Positions 19,255 to 32,895 of a stretch of 40,093 nucleotides of DNA are shown in pieces (the stretch's first letter is position 1; each line of letters opens with the position of its first letter). The stretch is from positions 1 to 40,093 of the forward strand of contig CBDDTI010000382.1 in assembly GCA_965233585.1 (NCBI GenBank), in the 5' to 3' direction. Below the pieces are notes generated by a model. It was not told the origin of the DNA. It searched no databases and was given only the letters and a program-made list of their open reading frames with translations. Source of the stretch: a bacterium (GTDB lineage: Bacteria; SAR324; NAC60-12). A program made the translations under genes and the position numbers.

Positions 19255-19977
19255 ATGCCTCGCTTTCATAATTTCAACAGGACTTGTTCTCATTACAATA
19301 TTGTGGATGATTTTTCAAACGGGTGTGAAGTATGTACAGATTGCGGGCTCGTGATGCATGATCGGCTATATGCCTCGTATGACTATCGGCTCGAATCGAT
19401 TAAAACGGAGAAAATGAGCGAGGATGTGACTTGCGACAAAAACAATTTTACTGATGAGACAATGCAAAGGGTATGCTATAAGTGCAATATCGAATGCGCG
19501 GATTTAAAACGCGTCATCGCCAAAAAATGGGACGCTAGCGGGAAAAGAGGGAAAAGAGGTGTTTGTTTAGAAAGTTTAGCGGTAATGTGCATCTACTCCG
19601 CGCTTATAGAGTCGGGGGTGCCGCGACCGATGAAAGATTTATGTGCCATAACCGGCGTCAAGCAGGACAAAGTGTGGCAATATCTTAAAAACGACGACTC
19701 TTTCTACAGCCCAAATTTAATGTGCGAATATTTTCTTCACTCTTTAAATCTAAGCTACAAGGAGTTGAAGGAAATTAGAGAGAAAGTAAAGCAACACGAA
19801 AAAAAGTTTGTTTTTTCGCCAAAAACACTAATCGCGGCATGCGCGCACGTCTTTTTAAGAGAACAACGGAGTAGGGTTGATCAGGAAAAGCCGAAAAGCT
19901 TATCACGTTTAGCCGAGCAATTAGGCGTTAGTCCGATGGCCTTAAGCAGGTGCGTCAAAAAAATTGAAAATTGTTAA
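19255..19977 (+). CDS. TFIIB: TFIIB-like transcription initiation factor (240 aa), intronless
   Basis: Zn ribbon CSH..IVDDFSNGCEVCTDCGLV; cyclin repeat 1 ESLAVMCIYSAL..GVPRPMKDLCAITGV; repeat 2 SPKTLIAACAHV..SLSRLAEQLGVSPMALSRCVKKI. Confidence 0.88.
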   Translation: MPRFHNFNRTCSHYNIVDDFSNGCEVCTDCGLVMHDRLYASYDYRLESIKTEKMSEDVTCDKNNFTDETMQRVCYKCNIECADLKRVIAKKWDASGKRGKRGVCLESLAVMCIYSALIESGVPRPMKDLCAITGVKQDKVWQYLKNDDSFYSPNLMCEYFLHSLNLSYKELKEIREKVKQHEKKFVFSPKTLIAACAHVFLREQRSRVDQEKPKSLSRLAEQLGVSPMALSRCVKKIENC

Positions 19978-19980
19978 AGT

Positions 19981-20412
19981 ATGCGATACCACCGCGGTCC
20001 GTCTGTGCAAGCTGGGGCGGGATTAGGTTCAATTTTTAGCAGTCTTTTCCGGTCGTTGGTTCCGGTGGCGAAGGGCGCCGCAAAGACAATCGGTAAAATT
20101 GCGAGAAGCGAGGGTGTCAGATCCGCGGGACGATATTTGAAAAAAGAGGCGGGACGAGCGGCCATTGACACCGCACTGGAAGCCTTGGACGGCAAAGCAG
20201 TTGGAGCCGCTGCGAAAAAGAGATTAAAATCCGCGACTAGAAACATCTTACTGGCTGGTAAGGCGAGTAGGCCTGCACAGGCGTCCAAGAGACCGGTCAA
20301 GAGAAAAAATAGCACGCATGCGGTAGGAAGCGGTAAGAGAAGAAAAACAAAACAAAAACCGCTGTTTTATGTTGAGGACGACAACGACGACGACGACGAG
20401 GATGATTACTAA
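19981..20412 (+). CDS. Basic core/DNA-condensing-type virion protein (143 aa)
   Basis: QAGAGLGSIFSSLFRSLVP N-terminal motif typical of Polinton core proteins; Ala/Lys/Arg-rich body; acidic tail. Confidence 0.75.
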   Translation: MRYHRGPSVQAGAGLGSIFSSLFRSLVPVAKGAAKTIGKIARSEGVRSAGRYLKKEAGRAAIDTALEALDGKAVGAAAKKRLKSATRNILLAGKASRPAQASKRPVKRKNSTHAVGSGKRRKTKQKPLFYVEDDNDDDDEDDY

Positions 20413-21481
20413 ACGCGAATTTTTAAAAGCTTACACTTCGCCCGGCTCGCCTTTTGCTTTTTCATCGCCGAACCGCGTTTTTAATCATTTTAACGGGACC
20501 ATACCCATAAATAAAATAAAGAAATGGCTGCAGGCGTCAGACACCTATACTCTGCACCGACAACCTAGGGCTCCAAAACCTAGGAACCCGACCTATGTTT
20601 ATTACAAAAGATATCAATTCCAAATAGACTTGGTTGAAATTGGAAAAATGGCAAGCGCGAATGACAATTATCGTTACTTGCTGACAGCGATCGACATTTT
20701 TTCGAGATATGCCTTTGTTGAACCCATAAAAAACAAGACAGCTTTGGTTTTTTTACAAGGATTCAAAACCATTGTCAATAAGGCTGGCCAGCCGCCTCGA
20801 AAAATTCTAGCTGATAGAGGGTTAGAGATCAAAAATAAATTTTTTAAAGACTACTGTCGACGTAATGGCATTACTCTTTTACACAGCGACAACTTTGTGC
20901 ACGCGCCGTTTGTGGAAAGATTTAACAGATCTCTAAAAAGTCTAATGTTTAAATATATGACATCTAGGGGTACGGATCGATTTATCCACGTGCTTCAATC
21001 TTTAGTAAAGACGTATAACTCGCGCGTACATAGAATGATCGGTATGAGTCCGGCTGAAGCGGAAAAAGCAAAAAACGCGCCCAAAGTCCGAATGAAACAA
21101 GAAGAGGCTTATGCGAAAATAAAGAGGCGACCGCCTAAATTTAAGAAAGGCCAGACGGTCAGAATAAGTAACTACAGAGCTCAATTTGACAGAGGTTACA
21201 ATAAGCAATTTACTGAAGAAATTTACAAGATCAAACGGGTGTTTACGCGATTACCCATACCTACATACGAACTGGAAACTCTGGACGGTGACGAGACGGT
21301 AGAGGGAAATTTTTATGCTAATGAGCTGACTCTGGCCAAGCCGCCGGAATTATTTCACATTGAAAAAATTGTTAAAAGGAAGAAAGATAAAAGAACCGGG
21401 CAGAAGTTGGTGTTGGTCAAGTGGAAAGGCTATAAAAACCTTAGCTGGATTGCGGAAGATAACGTTATTAATCAGGCGTAA
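20402..21481 (+). CDS. Retroviral-like (rve) integrase with C-terminal chromodomain
   Basis: YTLHR, D-D-E triad (FQIDL, ILADRG, VERFNR), YNSRVHRMIGMSP, GNFYANEL, chromo-like FHIEKIV..LVKWKGY. First ATG at 20402. Confidence 0.95.
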   Translation: MITKREFLKAYTSPGSPFAFSSPNRVFNHFNGTIPINKIKKWLQASDTYTLHRQPRAPKPRNPTYVYYKRYQFQIDLVEIGKMASANDNYRYLLTAIDIFSRYAFVEPIKNKTALVFLQGFKTIVNKAGQPPRKILADRGLEIKNKFFKDYCRRNGITLLHSDNFVHAPFVERFNRSLKSLMFKYMTSRGTDRFIHVLQSLVKTYNSRVHRMIGMSPAEAEKAKNAPKVRMKQEEAYAKIKRRPPKFKKGQTVRISNYRAQFDRGYNKQFTEEIYKIKRVFTRLPIPTYELETLDGDETVEGNFYANELTLAKPPELFHIEKIVKRKKDKRTGQKLVLVKWKGYKNLSWIAEDNVINQA

Positions 21482-21486
21482 CAAGT

Positions 21487-23079
21487 ATGAAAGGAGGACA
21501 TCTTATATATTGCATTTCAAACGCCAGCACTGATTGTTACGTAAACACGCTAACGCGTTTTAACAATTTTTTACCGAAAAATTTAGAATTAAACAAAAGA
21601 AGAGATTGGGAAGTTGGGGTTGTAGCTTTTGGTCTGCATTTAAACGTGAAACAAGATTTTGTTTTTGACGTGGTGCAGGTTAAATCCAACATTGTGTCTA
21701 CAAGCTCAAACGAGAATTCTCACATCTTATGTGTGGCCGACTTGCCTTCAAGCAAAAAACGGAAATATTTCTACCATACTTTAAGCAACATACGATATTA
21801 TCCTATTCAAAACACTTCAATAAAATCAGTGGGCATTGAGTTTTTAGACGCGTCCGACAAACTTCTGAAACTAAAATCGGGTCAGCCGAGTCTAGTTTTA
21901 CTTCATTTGCGAAAAACAAAACGAGCGATGTCATATTTGACAAAGCACATTCGCGTCGACTCAAAAATGGGCGACAACATAAAACCTGCGCAGAAAAACA
22001 ACAATTTCGAGGTACATTTGAGCCATCCCATTTATTTGAACGAAGGAGCTAAAATAGCCTTAGCCGACATCTCCTTTCCAAATCGTGTTAACAGCGTTCC
22101 GTCAAGCGTTTTTGATAAGAAAATTAAAGTAAGTACAGACCCGTTCAAGCAAGAAATCGAGGTCAAACTTGATCAGCAGAAAACAATTGCTTATTTATTA
22201 AATTGCTTAAACGACGGAAGAGACAGCGTAGTACGTAATTTTGTTGAATTTGGGCAAACGGAGAAAACAAAAGAATCGGTCGATATCTTTTTTCGAGTAA
22301 TTTACACCGGACCGTCGACGTACGATGCCGAATTTAAATCACCCGAGGTAAAAGTGCTGATACCGCCCGAATTTAAAAACATTTTGGGAATCAAAGAAGA
22401 ATATATTGTTATGGGACCGGAGAAAAAAGAATTTATATCGCAACAGCCAATGCAAAACCCTGATCCAACAGAAACATTTCCACTGGTGAAAATCAGGGTA
22501 ATGATTGAAACAATGCAATTTTGCTTTTGCATTGAGAAGAGGTTTATCAAAACAACGGATGAATTAATCGAGGCCATGTCTAATGGTATGAGCAAAGATT
22601 TACAAAGTCTCATTCAAATTTCCGCGCATAAAGACCGTTTTAAAGTAAAACGGGTCGGCAATCAATTCAATCGCTCCTTGGTAGTAAGGATAAGAGTGCC
22701 GCATGAAATAAGATTATTGCTAGGAATAAGTCAAGATGATGACATTGTTTTGGCGGATGAAAGTAAACAATTTATAAGTGACGAACGTCTAGATCCGCAC
22801 TATCTATATCCGGGAGTGATGATCTGCTATGCCAATTTCGTCAATCACTCGGTAATTGGAGACGAGTTTTACCCTGTATTAAAAGTTATACCAATTAATA
22901 GAGCCGAGGAACAAGACAATTATGTGACGACGCATTTTGACAATTTGGAATACATAAAGTGTAATACAAGTCGACTGGATTTGTTGCATTTTCAGTTAAA
23001 AAGACTTGACGGAGAATTGATTAATTTTGAAACAAATGAAAAAATCATGATGAATCTAGCCATACAAAACCCTAAATAA
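21487..23079 (+). CDS. Minor capsid protein (penton), 530 aa, apparently two tandem single-jelly-roll domains
   Basis: Domain 1: SNAS..NTLTRFNNFLP..L..WEVGV ... SNIV..YYPI..IKSVGIEFLD..LHLRK. Domain 2 from Met148: DS..NNFEVHLSHPIYL..IALADISFP ... NFVNHSVIGD..LKVIP..LEYIKC..LHFQLKRLDG. Confidence 0.8.
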   Translation: MKGGHLIYCISNASTDCYVNTLTRFNNFLPKNLELNKRRDWEVGVVAFGLHLNVKQDFVFDVVQVKSNIVSTSSNENSHILCVADLPSSKKRKYFYHTLSNIRYYPIQNTSIKSVGIEFLDASDKLLKLKSGQPSLVLLHLRKTKRAMSYLTKHIRVDSKMGDNIKPAQKNNNFEVHLSHPIYLNEGAKIALADISFPNRVNSVPSSVFDKKIKVSTDPFKQEIEVKLDQQKTIAYLLNCLNDGRDSVVRNFVEFGQTEKTKESVDIFFRVIYTGPSTYDAEFKSPEVKVLIPPEFKNILGIKEEYIVMGPEKKEFISQQPMQNPDPTETFPLVKIRVMIETMQFCFCIEKRFIKTTDELIEAMSNGMSKDLQSLIQISAHKDRFKVKRVGNQFNRSLVVRIRVPHEIRLLLGISQDDDIVLADESKQFISDERLDPHYLYPGVMICYANFVNHSVIGDEFYPVLKVIPINRAEEQDNYVTTHFDNLEYIKCNTSRLDLLHFQLKRLDGELINFETNEKIMMNLAIQNPK

Positions 23080-23145
23080 AAAACATGATCTGTATTTGAG
23101 CACATTAAAATAAAATTTTGATGTGTATTTCTAGTTTAAACGCGA

Positions 23146-23400
23146 TTAAACATTATCATTTTCTGATTTGTCTGGTTCTGACCAAGCAGCGTAGAATGCT
23201 CCTACGGTTGAAAAGAGCAAGAAAAAAATTAATGCCATTATAATAAATGGGGTTGAGGTTCTTGTATTATCTGACGACGATAGGAGTTTATCCAAGGTGT
23301 TAATTACAATCTTGTTAATAGCGTTCGTTGTGATGTTGGGGGCGGCGGTAACGTTTGACACGTCTGCCACTTGATAATTGTCTTGGCGGGGGGAACTCAT
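23146..23400 (-). CDS. Small putative membrane protein (84 aa)
   Basis: One hydrophobic segment FIIMALIFFLLFSTVGAFYAAW; ATGA overlap with the upstream ORF. Confidence 0.6.
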   Translation of the reverse strand: MSSPRQDNYQVADVSNVTAAPNITTNAINKIVINTLDKLLSSSDNTRTSTPFIIMALIFFLLFSTVGAFYAAWSEPDKSENDNV

Positions 23401-24008
23401 TCTTGTATTTCAAATTCAAGAGAAGCGGCCGCGGAGTATTTGGAGCGGTTGTAATTTTGCGGGTTAACATACACCCCATCTTCTAACATACCCATAATTT
23501 CCCTCTTTAATTTTCTCGCCTGTCTAGCCATTTGTCGAAATTTTTCAATCGATCTCTCCAATAACTTTTCTTCTTTGTGAGCATCTTCACGAGTCATATC
23601 AATGGGAAAACTCAACTTTAGTTTTTCGAGCTCAAAAACGAGGTAAGAGACGTTTGCCATCAAATTCTCTAGAATGCTTTTAACATGGTAGGACCTTTGG
23701 TGCGTCAACGGTGACCAATTAAAACAGTTTGGTACGGTGTAAGACAATGGATTCGGAGTTTCTATTTTTGGTTGATTTTCATCGGTAATCCAGGCATCAG
23801 TCGGCTGAGTTTCAGGAAATGGAGGGATGATTGTTTTATAACCACTCGTGTCACTATTTTCCGATTCATCGTTTGTAACGGGTGAAGAATTTGCTATTGT
23901 CATCTGACTATCGTTTTTCATCCAGGACTCGGTCATCTGCGTTTCTGGGAACGGAGGAATGATGGATCTATAACCAGACATGTCTCTAATTCCTGTTTCG
24001 TCAGTCAT
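23397..24008 (-). CDS. Unknown protein (203 aa) with a duplicated N-terminal motif and a helical/coiled-coil C-terminus
   Basis: SGYRSIIPPFPETQMTESW and SGYKTIIPPFPETQPTDAW; upstream TATATAAG at 24076-24069. Confidence 0.7.
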   Translation of the reverse strand: MTDETGIRDMSGYRSIIPPFPETQMTESWMKNDSQMTIANSSPVTNDESENSDTSGYKTIIPPFPETQPTDAWITDENQPKIETPNPLSYTVPNCFNWSPLTHQRSYHVKSILENLMANVSYLVFELEKLKLSFPIDMTREDAHKEEKLLERSIEKFRQMARQARKLKREIMGMLEDGVYVNPQNYNRSKYSAAASLEFEIQE

Positions 24009-24042
24009 GTTGATGTTGATTTTTCAAGTGATGGATTTGAAA

Positions 24043-24076
24043 TGCAATGAAATGTGATGTTCAGGCTGCTTATATA
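24043..24076 (-). promoter_or_regulatory. Probable TATA/Inr promoter of the 203-aa gene
   Basis: TATATAAG (24076-24069) followed about 28 nt later by TCATTG. Confidence 0.45.
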
Positions 24077-24599
24077 CCTTATTACAAAGGAACTTTCTAG
24101 AAAACCCTAGAAAAAATTGCGGACAGGTTGAAAAATGTATCTTGTCAAAAATTAAAAAATTCTTTTACAAAATACCTTCAATCCTAATTGTTTTTAAATG
24201 ATAGGAATGTTCTAGAAATGGGAAGAATTTATAAAAAGAACAAAAAAGGAAACATCTGCTTTGCGCAAAAATATTATGTAGAAAACACCAGAAAAAATCG
24301 CGGTCAGTTCAAAGGTGATTTTTGGAAAAAATTAAAATTGCATGGTAAAAAATACCAAGGAACCATACAACTTTTTCGAGAAATCAAATTTATATAAAAC
24401 CTTTTTGTGCTAAAAACAAAAAACACAATTGATTAAATTATTGATAAAAATCACATTAAATTATTGATAAAAATCGCTCGTTTACTGATACCATTACAGC
24501 AAGAAAATTTACACAGAATGAAGAAGAACATTGTGACATTGCAACACCAGTTATGGTAAAAAAGAAAAAAGCTCTGCTTCTTTTCTCCAATTTACTCAA

Positions 24600-25140
24600 C
24601 TATGGACCACTGACATTCTGGTGCCGGGATCTAAAATTTCACGCCAGCATCAAAATTGAGATCCCGGCACCAGAAAAAGTAATGCAGACAAGTAAAATTT
24701 TGATGCGTGCATGAAATTTTTAGTGCGTGCACCAACTTTTTCATGCCTGCATTAGACAGAGCAATGCAGGCACCAAACTTTTCATGCACGCACCAAACTT
24801 TTCATGCCAGCATTAGACGGAGCAATGCAGGCACCAAACTTTTCATGCACGCACCAAACTTTTCATGCCAGCATTAGACGAAGCAATGCAGGCACCAAAC
24901 TTTTCGTGCACGCACCAAATTTTTCATGCCAGCATTAGACACAGCCATGCAGGCACCAAACTTTTGGTGCACGCACCAGAAATCGGTGTGCATTTAGATG
25001 CATTTAGATTGATTCAGTTGACGTTTTGCTTGCAACGAGAACGCATCTAGATGAATTTAGATGAATTTAGAACGCATTTAGATGAATTTAGATGAATTCG
25101 GGCCGAAAACATCTAAAAACAAGCTTCTGTCATCCGTTTT
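24600..25140 (-). repeat. Right terminal inverted repeat (541 bp; four 61-bp units at 24722-24965)
   Basis: Reverse complement of 4503-5104, one 61-bp unit shorter. Confidence 0.95.
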
Positions 25141-28737
<3,597 letters not shown>

Positions 28738-29963
28738 CGTCAAAAAAGCCAATCGAACTTTTTGACCCTTATGATTGATAGCAATTTCTAGGAGATGAAA
28801 ATAAAATGGCGAAACATCACAGTCAAATTGAAAAACTACAGCAATCCCTCAAAGATTTTGAAAAACAGCATGGGCAGTGCACCCTGCACTCCTTTGGGCA
28901 CCATCTATGGGGATTTACAAACTTGATAAAAGCTGGTTTAGCGCGAAAGCTGTATTTAATCCTGACCCTTCAGAAAGCGAAAAAAGCATCTTTGACCATC
29001 AAGTACATCATTTTTTTGGGTCTCATTTTGCTGAGATATTTTTTGTAGTTTTCAAGAAAATCCCAATCATCTTTTTAAGAAAATGACACGGTAATTTTAC
29101 ATGCTAGTATAATATGGTGAATACTTACAGGACAATCACCGTCAGGGTAATTTTCAGGAACAATGATTTTAAATCTAAAGATCCCCTCCTGATAGACCCC
29201 CTGGCGGATGAAAATAATACCATACCAACCTGAAATTTTTCAAATAATCGGAATCGAATGATTGAATGAAGATTTTGAAAATTTTCCCCTTACATAATGG
29301 AGATTGAGATGATGGGATCAAGTAAACCCCGGGCAATTTTTGCTTTGACCTCAGTCCTCTACATTCACTTTTTTGACCATGGCTCCCAAGATCCCACACA
29401 ATCTTATCTGTCAGTTCATTGGTCAGGCGATACTGACCTTGAAGACACAAGGCTGTGGGTGAGAGTCTGCATCAATAGGATGGGATTGAAAAATGTCTCA
29501 GAAATCCTTGTCTACAATGCTTTTGAGTTGGTTTGCCTTGAAAATAAGTAAGATCCTATCAAAGTTTCCACATCATTGGCTATGGATCTTAAATATCTCC
29601 TTGTTCTCTAGGGAAGTCATCTTTTTTTCATGTAAAAAATCTGAGAGTGTTGTTCAAGCAATGCTTGAAGGATCCCCAGATTACAAAACAAAATGGGATG
29701 TTGTCAGGTTTCATATGGATCCAAAGGGAGACAGGGCTGCAAAATCACAAACACTTTGCAGTGAGATCAATGAAGAAATACTTGGGTTAAAATTTCATTC
29801 TTCTGATGGAGATGATGAACATAGTCAGCCTTTTCCAGACATTCTGACAATTACCACTCCAAGTGGGTTCATAGTTGTTTTCACTCCAATGGATGATTTT
29901 GTAAAAAAGAAAATTCTCAGGTGAGCAAAAAAAGATACTTTAATTAAATGAAATGAAAAATTA

Positions 29964-30118
29964 CCAATAGGGTGATTCCAAGTTCCGTGCAGGTACAAAA
30001 AAGTTAACGTTACATGCACTGGCTTAGCTTGGTTGGCTGATGAATGTTTCCCCACTGTATCACTTGTTGTACCGTTAACTTTTTTGTAGCGGCACGGAAG
30101 TTGTAATCAGCCCATTGG
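29964..30118. mobile_element. Palindromic MITE in an intron
   Basis: gggtgattccaagttccgtgcaggtacaaaaaagttaacg is an imperfect reverse complement of cgttaacttttttgtagcggcacggaagttgtaatcagccc. Confidence 0.65.
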
Positions 30119-31087
30119 CATTTCAGATTACGAAGAAGTGTGAATCATAAGGGTCAAATTGAACCAGTCAAACCCAGTTGTTGTTGGATGGAGAGGCAAG
30201 CAAATGGGTAGGCTGAACAATGGCAGCCTCTTTATAATTGCTGGAATAAGGAAAGACATTTTTGTTTGGGATGTTGACAAGGAGTTGCCTCTCAGGTCAT
30301 TTGTAGCTCACTCTGCCGGGATTCTTCGGATGCAAGCTTTGAACCAAAAAGAGGCCAATGTTTTCATCACCTCAAGCATTGATAAAACCATCAAGGTCTG
30401 GGACATGAATGAGCTTCTTCAGCTTGTTCATCCTGTGGACAAAATGGGTATTTCCATCAAGAAGCTGATACATTGCCCACAATTAAACAAGGTAATAGCT
30501 GTTACAAGATGTGGATTGGGTTTATGGTCACTGGAGACTGGAAATCTAGAGAACATTGTGGCTGACAACCCCATGGGAGGGTTCATCACGGACGTTGTGC
30601 TGACCTCTGATGGGAAATACCTTTTAACAGCAGAATCTGGATATATCAGGGTGTGGAATGTCAAACACAAGGTTGTCCTACAAAAAATTCAACAGGCCTC
30701 TGTTGTTCAGCTACTGGAAATTTATGTTGGGAAATCTGATGTCCATGTGGCAGCCATTTCCTTGGATAAAGCCACAAAGGCTGACTATTGCATTTTGAAA
30801 CTGGTTTGCAGAAATGTAGTGGATGGAAGCACAACATATCAATTTGAGTTGCCAGTTTCTCAAACTGTCAGGTTCAATGTAAGCTTTAATGATGGGAACT
30901 GCATGGTAACTATTGAAAACAAAACATTCATTCTTATTTACTAACTTGTTCCTAAAGAATCAAAACAAAAGAGAGACTGTGGCTCATGCAATATAAAAAG
31001 TTGATATTTAATCGAAATAGAAGTTTCTAAAGTTGTTCAAATAATTATAATGCGACAAACCAGTCTCATAGGTTGTTTAATCTAAGA

Positions 31088-31351
31088 CCTGGGTTCCCAT
31101 GAGATTTTTGCAGCGACCCAATTATCGGTCTCCGTGTACGTCCCGCGATCCATAAAAAAAATTTTCTTTTCTAAAGAAAACACCGTCAAAAAAATTTTCT
31201 TTTCTAAAAAAACGCCGTCAAAAATATTTTCATTTTATATATATATAAAAATCTGTCGGCGACCCATGCGACCCATTATCGTTCCGCCGACCCACAACAA
31301 AGTACGCCGCGACCCAATTTTGGGTCGCGACCCATGGTTTGGGAACCCAGG
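31088..31351. mobile_element. hAT-type MITE with 8-bp TSD
   Basis: TIR cctgggttccca / tgggaacccagg; TSD atctaaga at 31080-31087 and 31352-31359; subterminal gcgaccca repeats. Confidence 0.85.
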
Positions 31352-32725
31352 ATCTAAGAGTTACACTAAATACAAAAAATCAATTTGGCCCCAAAGTTAC
31401 ACCACGTAAACTTGACTGTCAGCGCCATCTCTTGCATTTAAATTGGGGCTTGATCCACAAAGACTATGGCAGTATCTCATTTCCTAAATACTTTTTTCAA
31501 ATTTAGAAGGAAAATTAAAATTGAAATTCGGAACTCTTTGAGAATTTCTCAACAAACCTTGACATACTTCTTCATTTTTAGACCATTTTGAGTGGAGATG
31601 GCCTTTATATCCTCAATTATGGCCTAGAAAAGCAAAAGGCTAGAGAAGTTATCCATGTCCATAGTGCTAAAAAAGGCACCCTTGTACACAGGGTTCCAAT
31701 AAGGTAGGTTCTTCCAGCCTTAAAAAGAAAAAGACCCTCTTTTATCATGGTATCTTTTAATATCAGATATCCTCAGCTAAAAAGGCCTACAAAGTTCTTG
31801 GCATATGAAGAGCAATGTGTTGTCTTGGTAGATCCTGAAAAATCCAACATCATAGACATCAAGGCCAGGGTTTTCGTCAAATCAGTAAGGAAATGGACTG
31901 GCCAATCAACCAGAGATGGGAAGCTTGGACTCTCATCTCCAAATGGGTAATTTCAAACTTACCAGAACAGTGGACAATTTCAGAAAAAGTATCTTTTTTT
32001 CCAGTGGAGGACTTTTGTATCTGAACTTGTCTAAAGGCTGTGTTCAAAAGACCCTTCTGAAAAACACAGACTCTGGAGTTTTCAGGGTTGAAGCTCAATT
32101 TTCAACCTGTCAAAAGTATATCCTTTACTACCATGAGTTGAGGCAGACTGTGATGCTTTTAAGAGCAGAAAATGGGAGGTGTCTGTCAAACTTCCTCTTG
32201 CCAAGCCAAGCAACCTGTTTCATCACCACTCCAGATGGAATGAGGCTCACTGTAGGAGGTGAAGATCGAAGTGTAGTGATCCTAGTTATTGCTGCTCTGG
32301 AAGAAGATAATCACGTTCTTCCAGAAGCAAAGGAGAAGATGGGAAGATATTTAAAGACTTTGCCATCAAGTAGAGTGAGGAGGGTTGAAGGCTCAGTGAC
32401 AGATTCCTTTCAACAAAAGTTAACCACAGAAAATAGGATAAAAATTAGGAGGAGATTCAGAGCTGTGGTCAGAACTGCTCTCTTCATGGACAAGTTGATA
32501 AAGTATCATAATGCCAAAAGGGGGAAAATTGATATCAAAGGTCCAAAATCACCAGGAAGCTCAAAGAAGCACACCTCCTCATCATCTTGTCCAATCCAGT
32601 AGTTTTTTTCTCTTCAATAGTCTTTTGGCAACGGCTGTCGAATTCAGGCAAGATTTTCGCCAGGTAGATGGCGCTGGGAACCCTTACTAAATAAGTTACC
32701 GAATAAAAATTAAACCCAACTTTTC

Positions 32726-32895
32726 GGCTCGTGGAACGAAGACACAAATCTGATAAATGGTCCTAAATTTTTTTAGGATTTTATTATTATAAAAAAATTT
32801 TTTTCATTATTTCATTATTCTAACCTAACCTAACCAGACCTAACCTAACCTAACCTAACCTAAATTATCAGATTTGTGTCTTCGGTCCACGAGCC
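32726..32895. mobile_element. MITE with 8-bp TSD and internal (TAACC)n
   Basis: TIR ggctcgtggaacgaagacacaaatctgataa / ttatcagatttgtgtcttcggtccacgagcc; TSD aacttttc at 32718-32725 and 32896-32903. Confidence 0.85.

Larger units (their letters stand above)
4503..25140. mobile_element. Polinton/Maverick (polintovirus/adintovirus-like endogenous virus), ~20.6 kb
   Basis: Long TIRs enclosing pPolB, A32-like ATPase, adenain-type protease, DJR capsid genes, penton and rve integrase, the established Polinton core set. No target-site duplication found, so the true outer ends are uncertain. Confidence 0.96.
29346..32602 (+). pseudogene. 3' portion of a NACHT-WD40 (NWD-like) gene
   Basis: WD repeats FITSSIDKTIKVWD, ITDVVLTSDGKYLLTAE..VWN, TTPDGMRLTVG; GT-AG introns 29548-29611, 29921-30126, 30872-31581, 31704-31766, 31947-32004. 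No 5' part in the window; apparent frame break near 30127-30215. Confidence 0.7.

Noticed and set aside
18651..19977. TBP/TFIIB as ordinary host genes, or NCLDV/archaeal contamination
   Set aside because: They are intronless, highly divergent, overlap or abut Polinton genes and lie within the TIRs; no RNA polymerase or other NCLDV or archaeal genes are present.
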